A DNA stretch of 64,000 bases, from positions 10,664,001-10,728,000 of the forward strand of contig OX597822.1 of the NCBI GenBank assembly GCA_951406725.2, given 5' to 3'. The first letter of the stretch is position 1. Every line of letters begins with the position of its first letter. Below the pieces are notes generated by a model. The model ran no database searches. It was not told where the DNA came from and saw only the letters and a program-made list of their open reading frames with translations. The position numbers and the translations under genes were made by a program. Positions 10,564-21,486 of the stretch are shown here, piece after piece. This DNA comes from Octopus vulgaris (taxonomy: Eukaryota).

Positions 10564-11735
10564 CTAGTATATAGTTGTTCTTTGTTGATTAGGGGTCTCC
10601 TGTTGTGATTTGTGGTGTGTGTTCTTGGAGCAGTATTGAGGAGAGCATCCCGATATCCCATATTCGGGTGTGGTGTTCTAGGAGGCCTTCGTTGGTAATC
10701 ATTGCAAGTGGTGTGGGTTTGTTGTGCATGGTTGTTTAACCGGTTAATGGGACGAAGATTTCGTTGGTAACTCCTTTGGGTGGGGATGAGGTTGCAGTGT
10801 CTATGCTGTGGGTGTTGATTTATCCTTTCTCTGCTTGAAGTGGGGGTATTCCTGATATTGTATCGCTGGCTGCTTACAGAGTTGGGGTTAGGTCCTGTAT
10901 TCTTTTTTTGATAGTAGTGAAGGTTCCGATTTTTAGACGGGTGTGTATCGGTGTTTGGGTGTTGTTTTGGTTTTCTTATTTTCTGGAAAGGGTTGTTGGA
11001 GGCGTGCTCTGTTTGAAAGACGGCTTCATAGTCTGAGAACCAAGTGGCGCTTTTCTCCCAGCGTTGGAGAGATTTTAGTTCTTCTTTTTCACAGTCCTCT
11101 TTCCATAGTTTGGAGAACTTCTCTTGATCTGGGCCTTGGGTCATTTTGCGAATTTCTTCGTTGATATCTTCATCGGTGGATTTTATTTTATCCTCATTCG
11201 TTTGGGCCCTCAATTTCAGAAGTTCTATTTCCATTTTCATTTTTTCCAGTGCCATTCTCTCCCTGAGGTGTCTTTGTGTTTCAGGTTCTTCTGTAATAGC
11301 TTTGAACTGGAATTTACGTGGGAGGATTAACGGGGTCCGGTTGAGCCATTTTTCGTATATATCCGCTTTGTTGTTGTTTTGGATCATCTTCCAAAAGGCG
11401 AACTTTCTATCTCTGAGTGATTTGTTCCATTGTGGTATTATGTGGTGTTTCATTTGGTATGTTGTTAGAGTATTGATCCCATATATTGACGCGTTTGGAG
11501 GTCCTTGGTTAGCGTTGTTAGAGAAAAATGTTCTAATTGTTTCGCATAAGTTTCCAAGGTTTTCGACAATTTCGGAGGTTGTATTTTTCGTATCTGTTTC
11601 TTCATTGTTCTCTCGATTGGGTTGAAGTGTCGAGTCGAATTTGTTAAAAAAAGTTGACAAATTTGTGTTGATTTTCTTGAGTTCTTTCAGTATTTCTTCG
11701 TTTATGGAGGTGATTGTGTCTGTTTTTGTCGGCAT
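10500..11735 (-). CDS. PLE ORF1: ~411-aa coiled-coil protein with basic low-complexity C-terminus (unit 1)
   Basis: Long ORF; the track starts at GTG 11786 and the first AUG is 11735. It has helical E/K-rich segments (RERMALEKMKMEIELLKLRAQTNEDKIK) and an R/N/H/P-rich tail, and is identical in unit 2. Confidence 0.85.
   Translation of the reverse strand: MPTKTDTITSINEEILKELKKINTNLSTFFNKFDSTLQPNRENNEETDTKNTTSEIVENLGNLCETIRTFFSNNANQGPPNASIYGINTLTTYQMKHHIIPQWNKSLRDRKFAFWKMIQNNNKADIYEKWLNRTPLILPRKFQFKAITEEPETQRHLRERMALEKMKMEIELLKLRAQTNEDKIKSTDEDINEEIRKMTQGPDQEKFSKLWKEDCEKEELKSLQRWEKSATWFSDYEAVFQTEHASNNPFQKIRKPKQHPNTDTHPSKNRNLHYYQKKNTGPNPNSVSSQRYNIRNTPTSSRERINQHPQHRHCNLIPTQRSYQRNLRPINRLNNHAQQTHTTCNDYQRRPPRTPHPNMGYRDALLNTAPRTHTTNHNRRPLINKEQLYTSYRPNHRIHFLDPIRKHRDTR
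10533..10539 (-). promoter_or_regulatory. Putative -1 ribosomal frameshift slippery site U_UUU_UUA (also 14966-14972 and 19386-19392)
   Basis: ORF1 codons CAU UUU UUA GAC place X_XXY_YYZ in the correct register. A -1 slip enters the RT-EN frame (R-P-N-T-Q...). Confidence 0.75.
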
Positions 11736-11855
11736 TTTCTGTATCTCGTGTGGGTTAATGATATGTATAAGGGTGAAAAGGAACACACGAGTTGATATAT
11801 ATGAAAAAACAAGTAAAAAATAGAAAATGCTAAAATAATTTTATAGTGAACATTT

Positions 11856-11893
11856 CAGTACCGGTTTCGGTCATTTTGAGACCTTTTCAACTG
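11856..11893 (-). ncRNA. Minimal hammerhead ribozyme, U3-A8 variant (unit 2)
   Basis: Identical to 7433-7470. Confidence 0.8.
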
Positions 11894-12641
11894 TAACGAT
11901 TAAATAATTAAATTTAGAAAAATTAGAAGAAAAGTTTTTTTAAAAGAATATTTCTATAGTAGTGTTCAGATTTAAGTGGCATTCTGCCTTTCTCTGACTC
12001 CCTTGTTTGCACTTGTGTGTTCGAGGTAGTTGTGAGTTCTTGGTAGGGTAGTAGAGGGAAGGCTGGTGAGGAAAGGGGGTGGGAGAATCTGGGAGTGCCC
12101 TGATGGTCGTATTTTGAATGGTCAGTGGCGGCTGGCAGTCTCAGTTCAATTCAGGATTGTTTATAGAATTAGCGTAGGTGTTATACTAAAAAACATTAGT
12201 GACAAACTTAAGGGGTAGGGGGTGGAAGAAGAAGAAGAAGAAGAAGAAGAAGAAGAAGAAGAAGAAGAAGAAGAAGAAGAAGAAGAAGGAGAAGGAGAAG
12301 ATGATGGTGATGGTGGTGATGATTATGACGACGATGATGATGATAACGATGATGAAGAAGAAGAAGAAGAAGAAGAAGAAGAAGAAGAAGAAGAAGAAGA
12401 AGAAGAAGAAGAAGAAGAAGAAGAAGAAGAAGGAGAAGGAGAAGATGGTGGTGATGATGATGACGCCGATGATGATGATAACGATGATGATGAAGAAGAA
12501 GAAGAAGAAAAAAACAGAGAAGGGAGAATATGAATGGGTGTAAATATAGCTATGAAGGGGCTGATTAGTAATGGATTCTATGGAGTGTAGTATTTGTGTG
12601 TGTATATATATTTTTTTCTTTTATTCTAAAGTTGAGGTATA

Positions 12642-14996
12642 TTAATTGTTTGTCGTAGACCCGTTAAGAAGTGGCTTGTATTTTGTAATAAAGAGATTTT
12701 CTTTACTTATTCTTTGTCTCGAGGTTGTATCGTCCCTAAATTGGTAGAGGGGGAAAATTCTGAAGTTTGGTGTTTTTTTGTTGGCGCAAGTATCTATGTG
12801 TTGGCTAAAAGCTATTTTTCTGTTTTGGGGAATTTTTATCTGGGATCTGTGCAGGGCCATTCGTTTACGCAAACCATTTTTTGTTTGGCCTATGTACTGC
12901 TCTTGACACCCGGAGCAGGTTAGTGAGTATATTAGGTTCTCCGAAGCACATGTGAAGTTGCTTTTCACTGTAAACCGTTGTCCCTGTTTGAAGGAGAACT
13001 CCGAACCCTCGATTAGATAGTCGCATATCCCGCAATTGGGTCTTCCACATTTTTTTACTGTCGGCTTCTGTGTTGAAGAGTGAATTCGGGCTTGTGTAAG
13101 GAGACTTTTCATGGATCTAGGCTGTCTTTTGCTTTTTATGATCGTGTGTGTTTGGAGGATTGTGTTCATTCTGTGGTCTTTTTTTAGGAGGGGTATGTTG
13201 TGGAGGATGGTGTCGAAGGCTTCGTTATTGAGAGGGTTGTGTGTGGAGATGTATGGTAAGGCTTTTGGTTGTAAGTTTTTCTTTGATTTGGGATGTCTCA
13301 GTTCCTTGATGTTAAGTTGAAGGGCACGTTGAATGCACTTGTCAATAAGTGAAGGTGGATAGTTCCTGGTGATTAGGGTATCTTTTAGTTCTTGTAGTCG
13401 TGTGTCTCTGGTGTTTGCGTTAGAGACTATAGTGCATATCCTTTTTGCTAGATTGAAGGGGATATTCATCCTGGTGTGTCTGGGGTGGCATGAATTGAAT
13501 GGAAGATATTGCTTAGAGTCTGTAGGCTTATAGTATATGTCTGTTTCTATTATATTATTAGCTTTCTTAATGAGGATATCGAGGAAGGGGAGTTGTTGTT
13601 GGCTATATTCCATCGTGAATTGGATGTTTACGTCCAGTCCGTTTAAAATTTTCTGGAATTCTATGAGTTTTTCTATATTTTTATGCCAAAGGATGAAACA
13701 GTCATCTAGATATCTCTTCCAGTTGTTTTCTATGTAGATGGAGAAAGGGCTGCCATATCTTTCTAGAACCTTACGATACAGACTGATCTCTAGGTATCCT
13801 ATGACTAGGTTGGCAAAGGAGGGGGCCATTCGTGTACCCATCGCAGTCCCCGATTTTTGTCGGTAGAAGTTGTCATTGAAGGCGAAGAAGTTATTTTCCA
13901 GGATGAATTTAACCCCTTCTATCACAAATTCTTTTTTGATGCGGTGTGGTAGTTCGTTGGCGTGATTCTCTAGCCAGAATTGGATTGCCTCTAGTCCTAG
14001 GTTGTGGGGGATATTGGAGTAGAGGTTGACTACATCGAAGGATACCAGTATGGTGTTTTTGTTTATAGTATTCGGTAGGTGATTGAGCATATCTAAGTCG
14101 TCCCTTATATAGCTTTTGACATGTTTGAGGAGTGGTTTTAACAGGGTGTCTAAAAAGTTACTGAGGCGGTGGGTTTCGCATGCGGGACCTGCTATTATGG
14201 GTCTCAATTTGAGGTCATTAGGATTAGGGACTTTAATTATTTTGTCTGTAGCTATCTTGCATGCGTTGCTTATTTTTTCACTTTTGTGGATCTTAGGTAT
14301 ACCGTAGAATTGGCTAGTTTTACTTGTGAAATTGGTCATATAATCATATTCTTTGTCGGTGAGCCCTGCTTTGTATGGGTTTAATATGGATTTTAGTTCC
14401 CTCATTATTTTTTGTTGACTGTAGTTTTGTGCCTTTTCATAGTATCTTGTGTCTTCCAGCATAGAAAGTACCAAAGTTATGTAAAATGTCGTATCCATTA
14501 AGACAACAGCACTCCCTTTATCGGCCTCTTTGATTGTTATTGTTTTATCTAGTTTTAATTTGTTCAACTCAGCCCATTCTTTTTTGCTGAAGTTTGGTTT
14601 GTGTTTTTGTTTGTGCATATGTTGATATGGGTAATTTGATATGTGGTCACAGAAATCATCAAGTGTTTTATTCTTACCTTTCGAGGGGGTGTAGTTACTC
14701 CTATTTCTGGCTAACGATTCGTCCTCGTTGTATTTATCGTATAGCTCCTCAGTAAGTCTTAATTTTCTGCAGAATTCTGCGATGTCTTCTTTCATTTCAT
14801 TGTAGTTGGGGTGTTGTGGGGTGGGTGTAAACTTGAGTCCTTTGGAAAGTATGTTTATTTGGTTTGCTGTTAGTTCCTTGTGAGTTAGATTAATAATTTT
14901 TATTACTTTTGGTTCCTCCTGCTTGTTTGGTGCTATCTTGTGTCTCTGTGTTTGCGTATTGGGTCTAAAAAATGAATGCGGTGGTTGGGACGGTAG
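12642..14996 (-). CDS. PLE ORF2 RT-GIY-YIG (unit 2); first AUG at 14795
   Basis: Translation identical to unit 1. Confidence 0.95.
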   Translation of the reverse strand, partial: LPSQPPHSFFRPNTQTQRHKIAPNKQEEPKVIKIINLTHKELTANQINILSKGLKFTPTPQHPNYNEMKEDIAEFCRKLRLTEELYDKYNEDESLARNRSNYTPSKGKNKTLDDFCDHISNYPYQHMHKQKHKPNFSKKEWAELNKLKLDKTITIKEADKGSAVVLMDTTFYITLVLSMLEDTRYYEKAQNYSQQKIMRELKSILNPYKAGLTDKEYDYMTNFTSKTSQFYGIPKIHKSEKISNACKIATDKIIKVPNPNDLKLRPIIAGPACETHRLSNFLDTLLKPLLKHVKSYIRDDLDMLNHLPNTINKNTILVSFDVVNLYSNIPHNLGLEAIQFWLENHANELPHRIKKEFVIEGVKFILENNFFAFNDNFYRQKSGTAMGTRMAPSFANLVIGYLEISLYRKVLERYGSPFSIYIENNWKRYLDDCFILWHKNIEKLIEFQKILNGLDVNIQFTMEYSQQQLPFLDILIKKANNIIETDIYYKPTDSKQYLPFNSCHPRHTRMNIPFNLAKRICTIVSNANTRDTRLQELKDTLITRNYPPSLIDKCIQRALQLNIKELRHPKSKKNLQPKALPYISTHNPLNNEAFDTILHNIPLLKKDHRMNTILQTHTIIKSKRQPRSMKSLLTQARIHSSTQKPTVKKCGRPNCGICDYLIEGSEFSFKQGQRFTVKSNFTCASENLIYSLTCSGCQEQYIGQTKNGLRKRMALHRSQIKIPQNRKIAFSQHIDTCANKKTPNFRIFPLYQFRDDTTSRQRISKENLFITKYKPLLNGSTTNN

Positions 14997-16168
14997 CTAG
15001 TATATAGTTGTTCTTTGTTGATTAGGGGTCTCCTGTTGTGATTTGTGGTGTGTGTTCTTGGAGCAGTATTGAGGAGAGCATCCCGATATCCCATATTCGG
15101 GTGTGGTGTTCTAGGAGGCCTTCGTTGGTAATCATTGCAAGTGGTGTGGGTTTGTTGTGCATGGTTGTTTAACCGGTTAATGGGACGAAGATTTCGTTGG
15201 TAACTCCTTTGGGTGGGGATGAGGTTGCAGTGTCTATGCTGTGGGTGTTGATTTATCCTTTCTCTGCTTGAAGTGGGGGTATTCCTGATATTGTATCGCT
15301 GGCTGCTTACAGAGTTGGGGTTAGGTCCTGTATTCTTTTTTTGATAGTAGTGAAGGTTCCGATTTTTAGACGGGTGTGTATCGGTGTTTGGGTGTTGTTT
15401 TGGTTTTCTTATTTTCTGGAAAGGGTTGTTGGAGGCGTGCTCTGTTTGAAAGACGGCTTCATAGTCTGAGAACCAAGTGGCGCTTTTCTCCCAGCGTTGG
15501 AGAGATTTTAGTTCTTCTTTTTCACAGTCCTCTTTCCATAGTTTGGAGAACTTCTCTTGATCTGGGCCTTGGGTCATTTTGCGAATTTCTTCGTTGATAT
15601 CTTCATCGGTGGATTTTATTTTATCCTCATTCGTTTGGGCCCTCAATTTCAGAAGTTCTATTTCCATTTTCATTTTTTCCAGTGCCATTCTCTCCCTGAG
15701 GTGTCTTTGTGTTTCAGGTTCTTCTGTAATAGCTTTGAACTGGAATTTACGTGGGAGGATTAACGGGGTCCGGTTGAGCCATTTTTCGTATATATCCGCT
15801 TTGTTGTTGTTTTGGATCATCTTCCAAAAGGCGAACTTTCTATCTCTGAGTGATTTGTTCCATTGTGGTATTATGTGGTGTTTCATTTGGTATGTTGTTA
15901 GAGTATTGATCCCATATATTGACGCGTTTGGAGGTCCTTGGTTAGCGTTGTTAGAGAAAAATGTTCTAATTGTTTCGCATAAGTTTCCAAGGTTTTCGAC
16001 AATTTCGGAGGTTGTATTTTTCGTATCTGTTTCTTCATTGTTCTCTCGATTGGGTTGAAGTGTCGAGTCGAATTTGTTAAAAAAAGTTGACAAATTTGTG
16101 TTGATTTTCTTGAGTTCTTTCAGTATTTCTTCGTTTATGGAGGTGATTGTGTCTGTTTTTGTCGGCAT
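14933..16168 (-). CDS. PLE ORF1 coiled-coil protein (unit 2)
   Basis: Translation identical to unit 1. Confidence 0.85.
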   Translation of the reverse strand: MPTKTDTITSINEEILKELKKINTNLSTFFNKFDSTLQPNRENNEETDTKNTTSEIVENLGNLCETIRTFFSNNANQGPPNASIYGINTLTTYQMKHHIIPQWNKSLRDRKFAFWKMIQNNNKADIYEKWLNRTPLILPRKFQFKAITEEPETQRHLRERMALEKMKMEIELLKLRAQTNEDKIKSTDEDINEEIRKMTQGPDQEKFSKLWKEDCEKEELKSLQRWEKSATWFSDYEAVFQTEHASNNPFQKIRKPKQHPNTDTHPSKNRNLHYYQKKNTGPNPNSVSSQRYNIRNTPTSSRERINQHPQHRHCNLIPTQRSYQRNLRPINRLNNHAQQTHTTCNDYQRRPPRTPHPNMGYRDALLNTAPRTHTTNHNRRPLINKEQLYTSYRPNHRIHFLDPIRKHRDTR

Positions 16169-16288
16169 TTTCTGTATCTCGTGTGGGTTAATGATATGTA
16201 TAAGGGTGAAAAGGAACACACGAGTTGATATATATGAAAAAACAAGTAAAAAATAGAAAATGCTAAAATAATTTTATAGTGAACATTT

Positions 16289-16326
16289 CAGTACCGGTTT
16301 CGGTCATTTTGAGACCTTTTCAACTG
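16289..16326 (-). ncRNA. Minimal hammerhead ribozyme, U3-A8 variant (unit 3)
   Basis: Identical to 7433-7470. Confidence 0.8.
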
Positions 16327-17062
16327 TAACGATTAAATAATTAAATTTAGAAAAATTAGAAGAAAAGTTTTTTTAAAAGAATATTTCTATAGTAGTGTTC
16401 AGATTTAAGTGGCATTCTGCCTTTCTCTGACTCCCTTGTTTGCACTTGTGTGTTCGAGGTAGTTGTGAGTTCTTGGTAGGGTAGTAGAGGGAAGGCTGGT
16501 GAGGAAAGGGGGTGGGAGAATCTGGGAGTGCCCTGATGGTCGTATTTTGAATGGTCAGTGGCGGCTGGCAGTCTCAGTTCAATTCAGGATTGTTTATAGA
16601 ATTAGCGTAGGTGTTATACTAAAAAACATTAGTGACAAACTTAAGGGGTAGGGGGTGGAGAAGAAGAAGAAGAAGAAGAAGAAGAAGAAGAAGAAGAAGA
16701 AGAAGAAGGAGAAGGAGAAGATGATGGTGATGGTGGTGATGATTATGACGACGATGATGATGATAACGATGATGAAGAAGAAGAAGAAGAAGAAGAAGAA
16801 GAAGAAGAAGAAGAAGAAGAAGAAGAAGAAGAAGAAGAAGAAGAAGAAGAAGATGGTGGTGATGATGGTGGTGATGATGATGACGCCGATGATGATGATA
16901 ACGATGATGATGAAGAAGAAGAAGAAGAAAAAAACAGAGAAGGGAGAATATGAATGGGTGTAAATATAGCTATGAAGGGGCTGATTAGTAATGGATTCTA
17001 TGGAGTGTAGTATTTGTGTGTGTATATATATTTTTTTCTTTTTATTCTAAAGTTGAGGTATA

Positions 17063-20000
17063 TTAATTGTTTGTCGTAGACCCGTTAAGAAGTGGCTTGT
17101 ATTTTGTAATAAAGAGATTTTCTTTACTTATTCTTTGTCTCGAGGTTGTATCGTCCCTAAATTGGTAGAGGGGGAAAATTCTGAAGTTTGGTGTTTTTTT
17201 GTTGGCGCAAGTATCTATGTGTTGGCTAAAAGCTATTTTTCTGTTTTGGGGAATTTTTATCTGGGATCTGTGCAGGGCCATTCGTTTACGCAAACCATTT
17301 TTTGTTTGGCCTATGTACTGCTCTTGACACCCGGAGCAGGTTAGTGAGTATATTAGGTTCTCCGAAGCACATGTGAAGTTGCTTTTCACTGTAAACCGTT
17401 GTCCCTGTTTGAAGGAGAACTCCGAACCCTCGATTAGATAGTCGCATATCCCGCAATTGGGTCTTCCACATTTTTTTACTGTCGGCTTCTGTGTTGAAGA
17501 GTGAATTCGGGCTTGTGTAAGGAGACTTTTCATGGATCTAGGCTGTCTTTTGCTTTTTATGATCGTGTGTGTTTGGAGGATTGTGTTCATTCTGTGGTCT
17601 TTTTTTAGGAGGGGTATGTTGTGGAGGATGGTGTCGAAGGCTTCGTTATTGAGAGGGTTGTGTGTGGAGATGTATGGTAAGGCTTTTGGTTGTAAGTTTT
17701 TCTTTGATTTGGGATGTCTCAGTTCCTTGATGTTAAGTTGAAGGGCACGTTGAATGCACTTGTCAATAAGTGAAGGTGGATAGTTCCTGGTGATTAGGGT
17801 ATCTTTTAGTTCTTGTAGTCGTGTGTCTCTGGTGTTTGCGTTAGAGACTATAGTGCATATCCTTTTTGCTAGATTGAAGGGGATATTCATCCTGGTGTGT
17901 CTGGGGTGGCATGAATTGAATGGAAGATATTGCTTAGAGTCTGTAGGCTTATAGTATATGTCTGTTTCTATTATATTATTAGCTTTCTTAATGAGGATAT
18001 CGAGGAAGGGGAGTTGTTGTTGGCTATATTCCATCGTGAATTGGATGTTTACGTCCAGTCCGTTTAAAATTTTCTGGAATTCTATGAGTTTTTCTATATT
18101 TTTATGCCAAAGGATGAAACAGTCATCTAGATATCTCTTCCAGTTGTTTTCTATGTAGATGGAGAAAGGGCTGCCATATCTTTCTAGAACCTTACGATAC
18201 AGACTGATCTCTAGGTATCCTATGACTAGGTTGGCAAAGGAGGGGGCCATTCGTGTACCCATCGCAGTCCCCGATTTTTGTCGGTAGAAGTTGTCATTGA
18301 AGGCGAAGAAGTTATTTTCCAGGATGAATTTAACCCCTTCTATCACAAATTCTTTTTTGATGCGGTGTGGTAGTTCGTTGGCGTGATTCTCTAGCCAGAA
18401 TTGGATTGCCTCTAGTCCTAGGTTGTGGGGGATATTGGAGTAGAGGTTGACTACATCGAAGGATACCAGTATGGTGTTTTTGTTTATAGTATTCGGTAGG
18501 TGATTGAGCATATCTAAGTCGTCCCTTATATAGCTTTTGACATGTTTGAGGAGTGGTTTTAACAGGGTGTCTAAAAAGTTACTGAGGCGGTGGGTTTCGC
18601 ATGCGGGACCTGCTATTATGGGTCTCAATTTGAGGTCATTAGGATTAGGGACTTTAATTATTTTGTCTGTAGCTATCTTGCATGCGTTGCTTATTTTTTC
18701 ACTTTTGTGGATCTTAGGTATACCGTAGAATTGGCTAGTTTTACTTGTGAAATTGGTCATATAATCATATTCTTTGTCGGTGAGCCCTGCTTTGTATGGG
18801 TTTAATATGGATTTTAGTTCCCTCATTATTTTTTGTTGACTGTAGTTTTGTGCCTTTTCATAGTATCTTGTGTCTTCCAGCATAGAAAGTACCAAAGTTA
18901 TGTAAAATGTCGTATCCATTAAGACAACAGCACTCCCTTTATCGGCCTCTTTGATTGTTATTGTTTTATCTAGTTTTAATTTGTTCAACTCAGCCCATTC
19001 TTTTTTGCTGAAGTTTGGTTTGTGTTTTTGTTTGTGCATATGTTGATATGGGTAATTTGATATGTGGTCACAGAAATCATCAAGTGTTTTATTCTTACCT
19101 TTCGAGGGGTGTAGTTACTCCTATTTCTGGCTAACGATTCGTCCTCGTTGTATTTATCGTATAGCTCCTCAGTAAGTCTTAATTTTCTGCAGAATTCTGC
19201 GATGTCTTCTTTCATTTCATTGTAGTTGGGGTGTTGTGGGGTGGGTGTAAACTTGAGTCCTTTGGAAAGTATGTTTATTTGGTTTGCTGTTAGTTCCTTG
19301 TGAGTTAGATTAATAATTTTTATTACTTTTGGTTCCTCCTGCTTGTTTGGTGCTATCTTGTGTCTCTGTGTTTGCGTATTGGGTCTAAAAAATGAATGCG
19401 GTGGTTGGGACGGTAGCTAGTATATAGTTGTTCTTTGTTGATTAGGGGTCTCCTGTTGTGATTTGTGGTGTGTGTTCTTGGAGCAGTATTGAGGAGAGCA
19501 TCCCGATATCCCATATTCGGGTGTGGTGTTCTAGGAGGCCTTCGTTGGTAATCATTGCAAGTGGTGTGGGTTTGTTGTGCATGGTTGTTTAACCGGTTAA
19601 TGGGACGAAGATTTCGTTGGTAACTCCTTTGGGTGGGGATGAGGTTGCAGTGTCTATGCTGTGGGTGTTGATTTATCCTTTCTCTGCTTGAAGTGGGGGT
19701 ATTCCTGATATTGTATCGCTGGCTGCTTACAGAGTTGGGGTTAGGTCCTGTATTCTTTTTTTGATAGTAGTGAAGGTTCCGATTTTTAGACGGGTGTGTA
19801 TCGGTGTTTGGGTGTTGTTTTGGTTTTCTTATTTTCTGGAAAGGGTTGTTGGAGGCGTGCTCTGTTTGAAAGACGGCTTCATAGTCTGAGAACCAAGTGG
19901 CGCTTTTCTCCCAGCGTTGGAGAGATTTTAGTTCTTCTTTTTCACAGTCCTCTTTCCATAGTTTGGAGAACTTCTCTTGATCTGGGCCTTGGGTCATTTT

Positions 20001-20587
20001 GCGAATTTCTTCGTTGATATCTTCATCGGTGGATTTTATTTTATCCTCATTCGTTTGGGCCCTCAATTTCAGAAGTTCTATTTCCATTTTCATTTTTTCC
20101 AGTGCCATTCTCTCCCTGAGGTGTCTTTGTGTTTCAGGTTCTTCTGTAATAGCTTTGAACTGGAATTTACGTGGGAGGATTAACGGGGTCCGGTTGAGCC
20201 ATTTTTCGTATATATCCGCTTTGTTGTTGTTTTGGATCATCTTCCAAAAGGCGAACTTTCTATCTCTGAGTGATTTGTTCCATTGTGGTATTATGTGGTG
20301 TTTCATTTGGTATGTTGTTAGAGTATTGATCCCATATATTGACGCGTTTGGAGGTCCTTGGTTAGCGTTGTTAGAGAAAAATGTTCTAATTGTTTCGCAT
20401 AAGTTTCCAAGGTTTTCGACAATTTCGGAGGTTGTATTTTTCGTATCTGTTTCTTCATTGTTCTCTCGATTGGGTTGAAGTGTCGAGTCGAATTTGTTAA
20501 AAAAGTTGACAAATTTGTGTTGATTTTCTTGAGTTCTTTCAGTATTTCTTCGTTTATGGAGGTGATTGTGTCTGTTTTTGTCGGCAT
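17063..20587 (-). pseudogene. PLE ORF1/ORF2 of unit 3, each broken by a 1-bp homopolymer deletion
   Basis: G5 to G4 near 19106-19109 splits ORF2, and A7 to A6 near 20499-20504 splits ORF1. The unit otherwise matches the others, so these could be consensus errors. Confidence 0.7.
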
Positions 20588-20707
20588 TTTCTGTATCTCG
20601 TGTGGGTTAATGATATGTATAAGGGTGAAAAGGAACACACGAGTTGATATATATGAAAAAACAAGTAAAAAATAGAAAATGCTAAAATAATTTTATAGTG
20701 AACATTT

Positions 20708-20745
20708 CAGTACCGGTTTCGGTCATTTTGAGACCTTTTCAACTG
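20708..20745 (-). ncRNA. Minimal hammerhead ribozyme, U3-A8 variant (truncated unit 4)
   Basis: Identical to 7433-7470. Confidence 0.8.
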
Positions 20746-21486
20746 TAACGATTAAATAATTAAATTTAGAAAAATTAGAAGAAAAGTTTTTTTAAAAGAA
20801 TATTTCTATAGTAGTGTTCAGATTTAAGTGGCATTCTGCCTTTCTCTGACTCCCTTGTTTGCACTTGTGTGTTCGAGGTAGTTGTGAGTTCTTGGTAGGG
20901 TAGTAGAGGGAAGGCTGGTGAGGAAAGGGGGTGGGAGAATCTGGGAGTGCCCTGATGGTCGTATTTTGAATGGTCAGTGGCGGCTGGCAGTCTCAGTTCA
21001 ATTCAGGATTGTTTATAGAATTAGCGTAGGTGTTATACTAAAAAACATTAGTGACAAACTTAAGGGGTAGGGGGTGGAGAAGAAGAAGAAGAAGAAGAAG
21101 AAGAAGAAGAAGAAGAAGAAGAAGAAGGAGAAGGAGAAGATGATGGTGATGGTGGTGATGATTATGACGACGATGATGATGATAACGATGATGAAGAAGA
21201 AGAAGAAGAAGAAGAAGAAGAAGAAGAAGAAGAAGAAGAAGAAGAAGAAGAAGAAGAAGAAGAAGAAGAAGAAGGAGAAGGAGATGATGGTGGTGATGAT
21301 GATGACGCCGATGATGATGATAAAGATGATGATGAAGAAGAAGAAGAAGAAGAAAAAAACAGAGAAGGGAGAATATGAATGGGTGTAAATATAGCTATGA
21401 AGGGGCTGATTAGTAATGGATTCTATGGAGTGTAGTATTTGTGTGTGTATATATATTTTTTTCTTTTATTCTAAAGTTGAGGTATA

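Noticed and set aside
8281-11823. Plus-strand ORFs of 60-159 aa inside each PLE unit
   Set aside because: Antisense shadows of ORF1/ORF2 with mostly non-AUG starts; they recur only because the unit is repeated.
12222-12533. Poly-Glu/Asp acidic ORF (and poly-Lys/Met ORFs in other units)
   Set aside because: GTG start, and the frame relative to that start changes between units because of a 1-bp difference, so it is not a conserved CDS.
19100-20510. Additional programmed frameshifts in unit 3
   Set aside because: Single-base homopolymer deletions seen in one unit only; more likely mutation or sequencing error.
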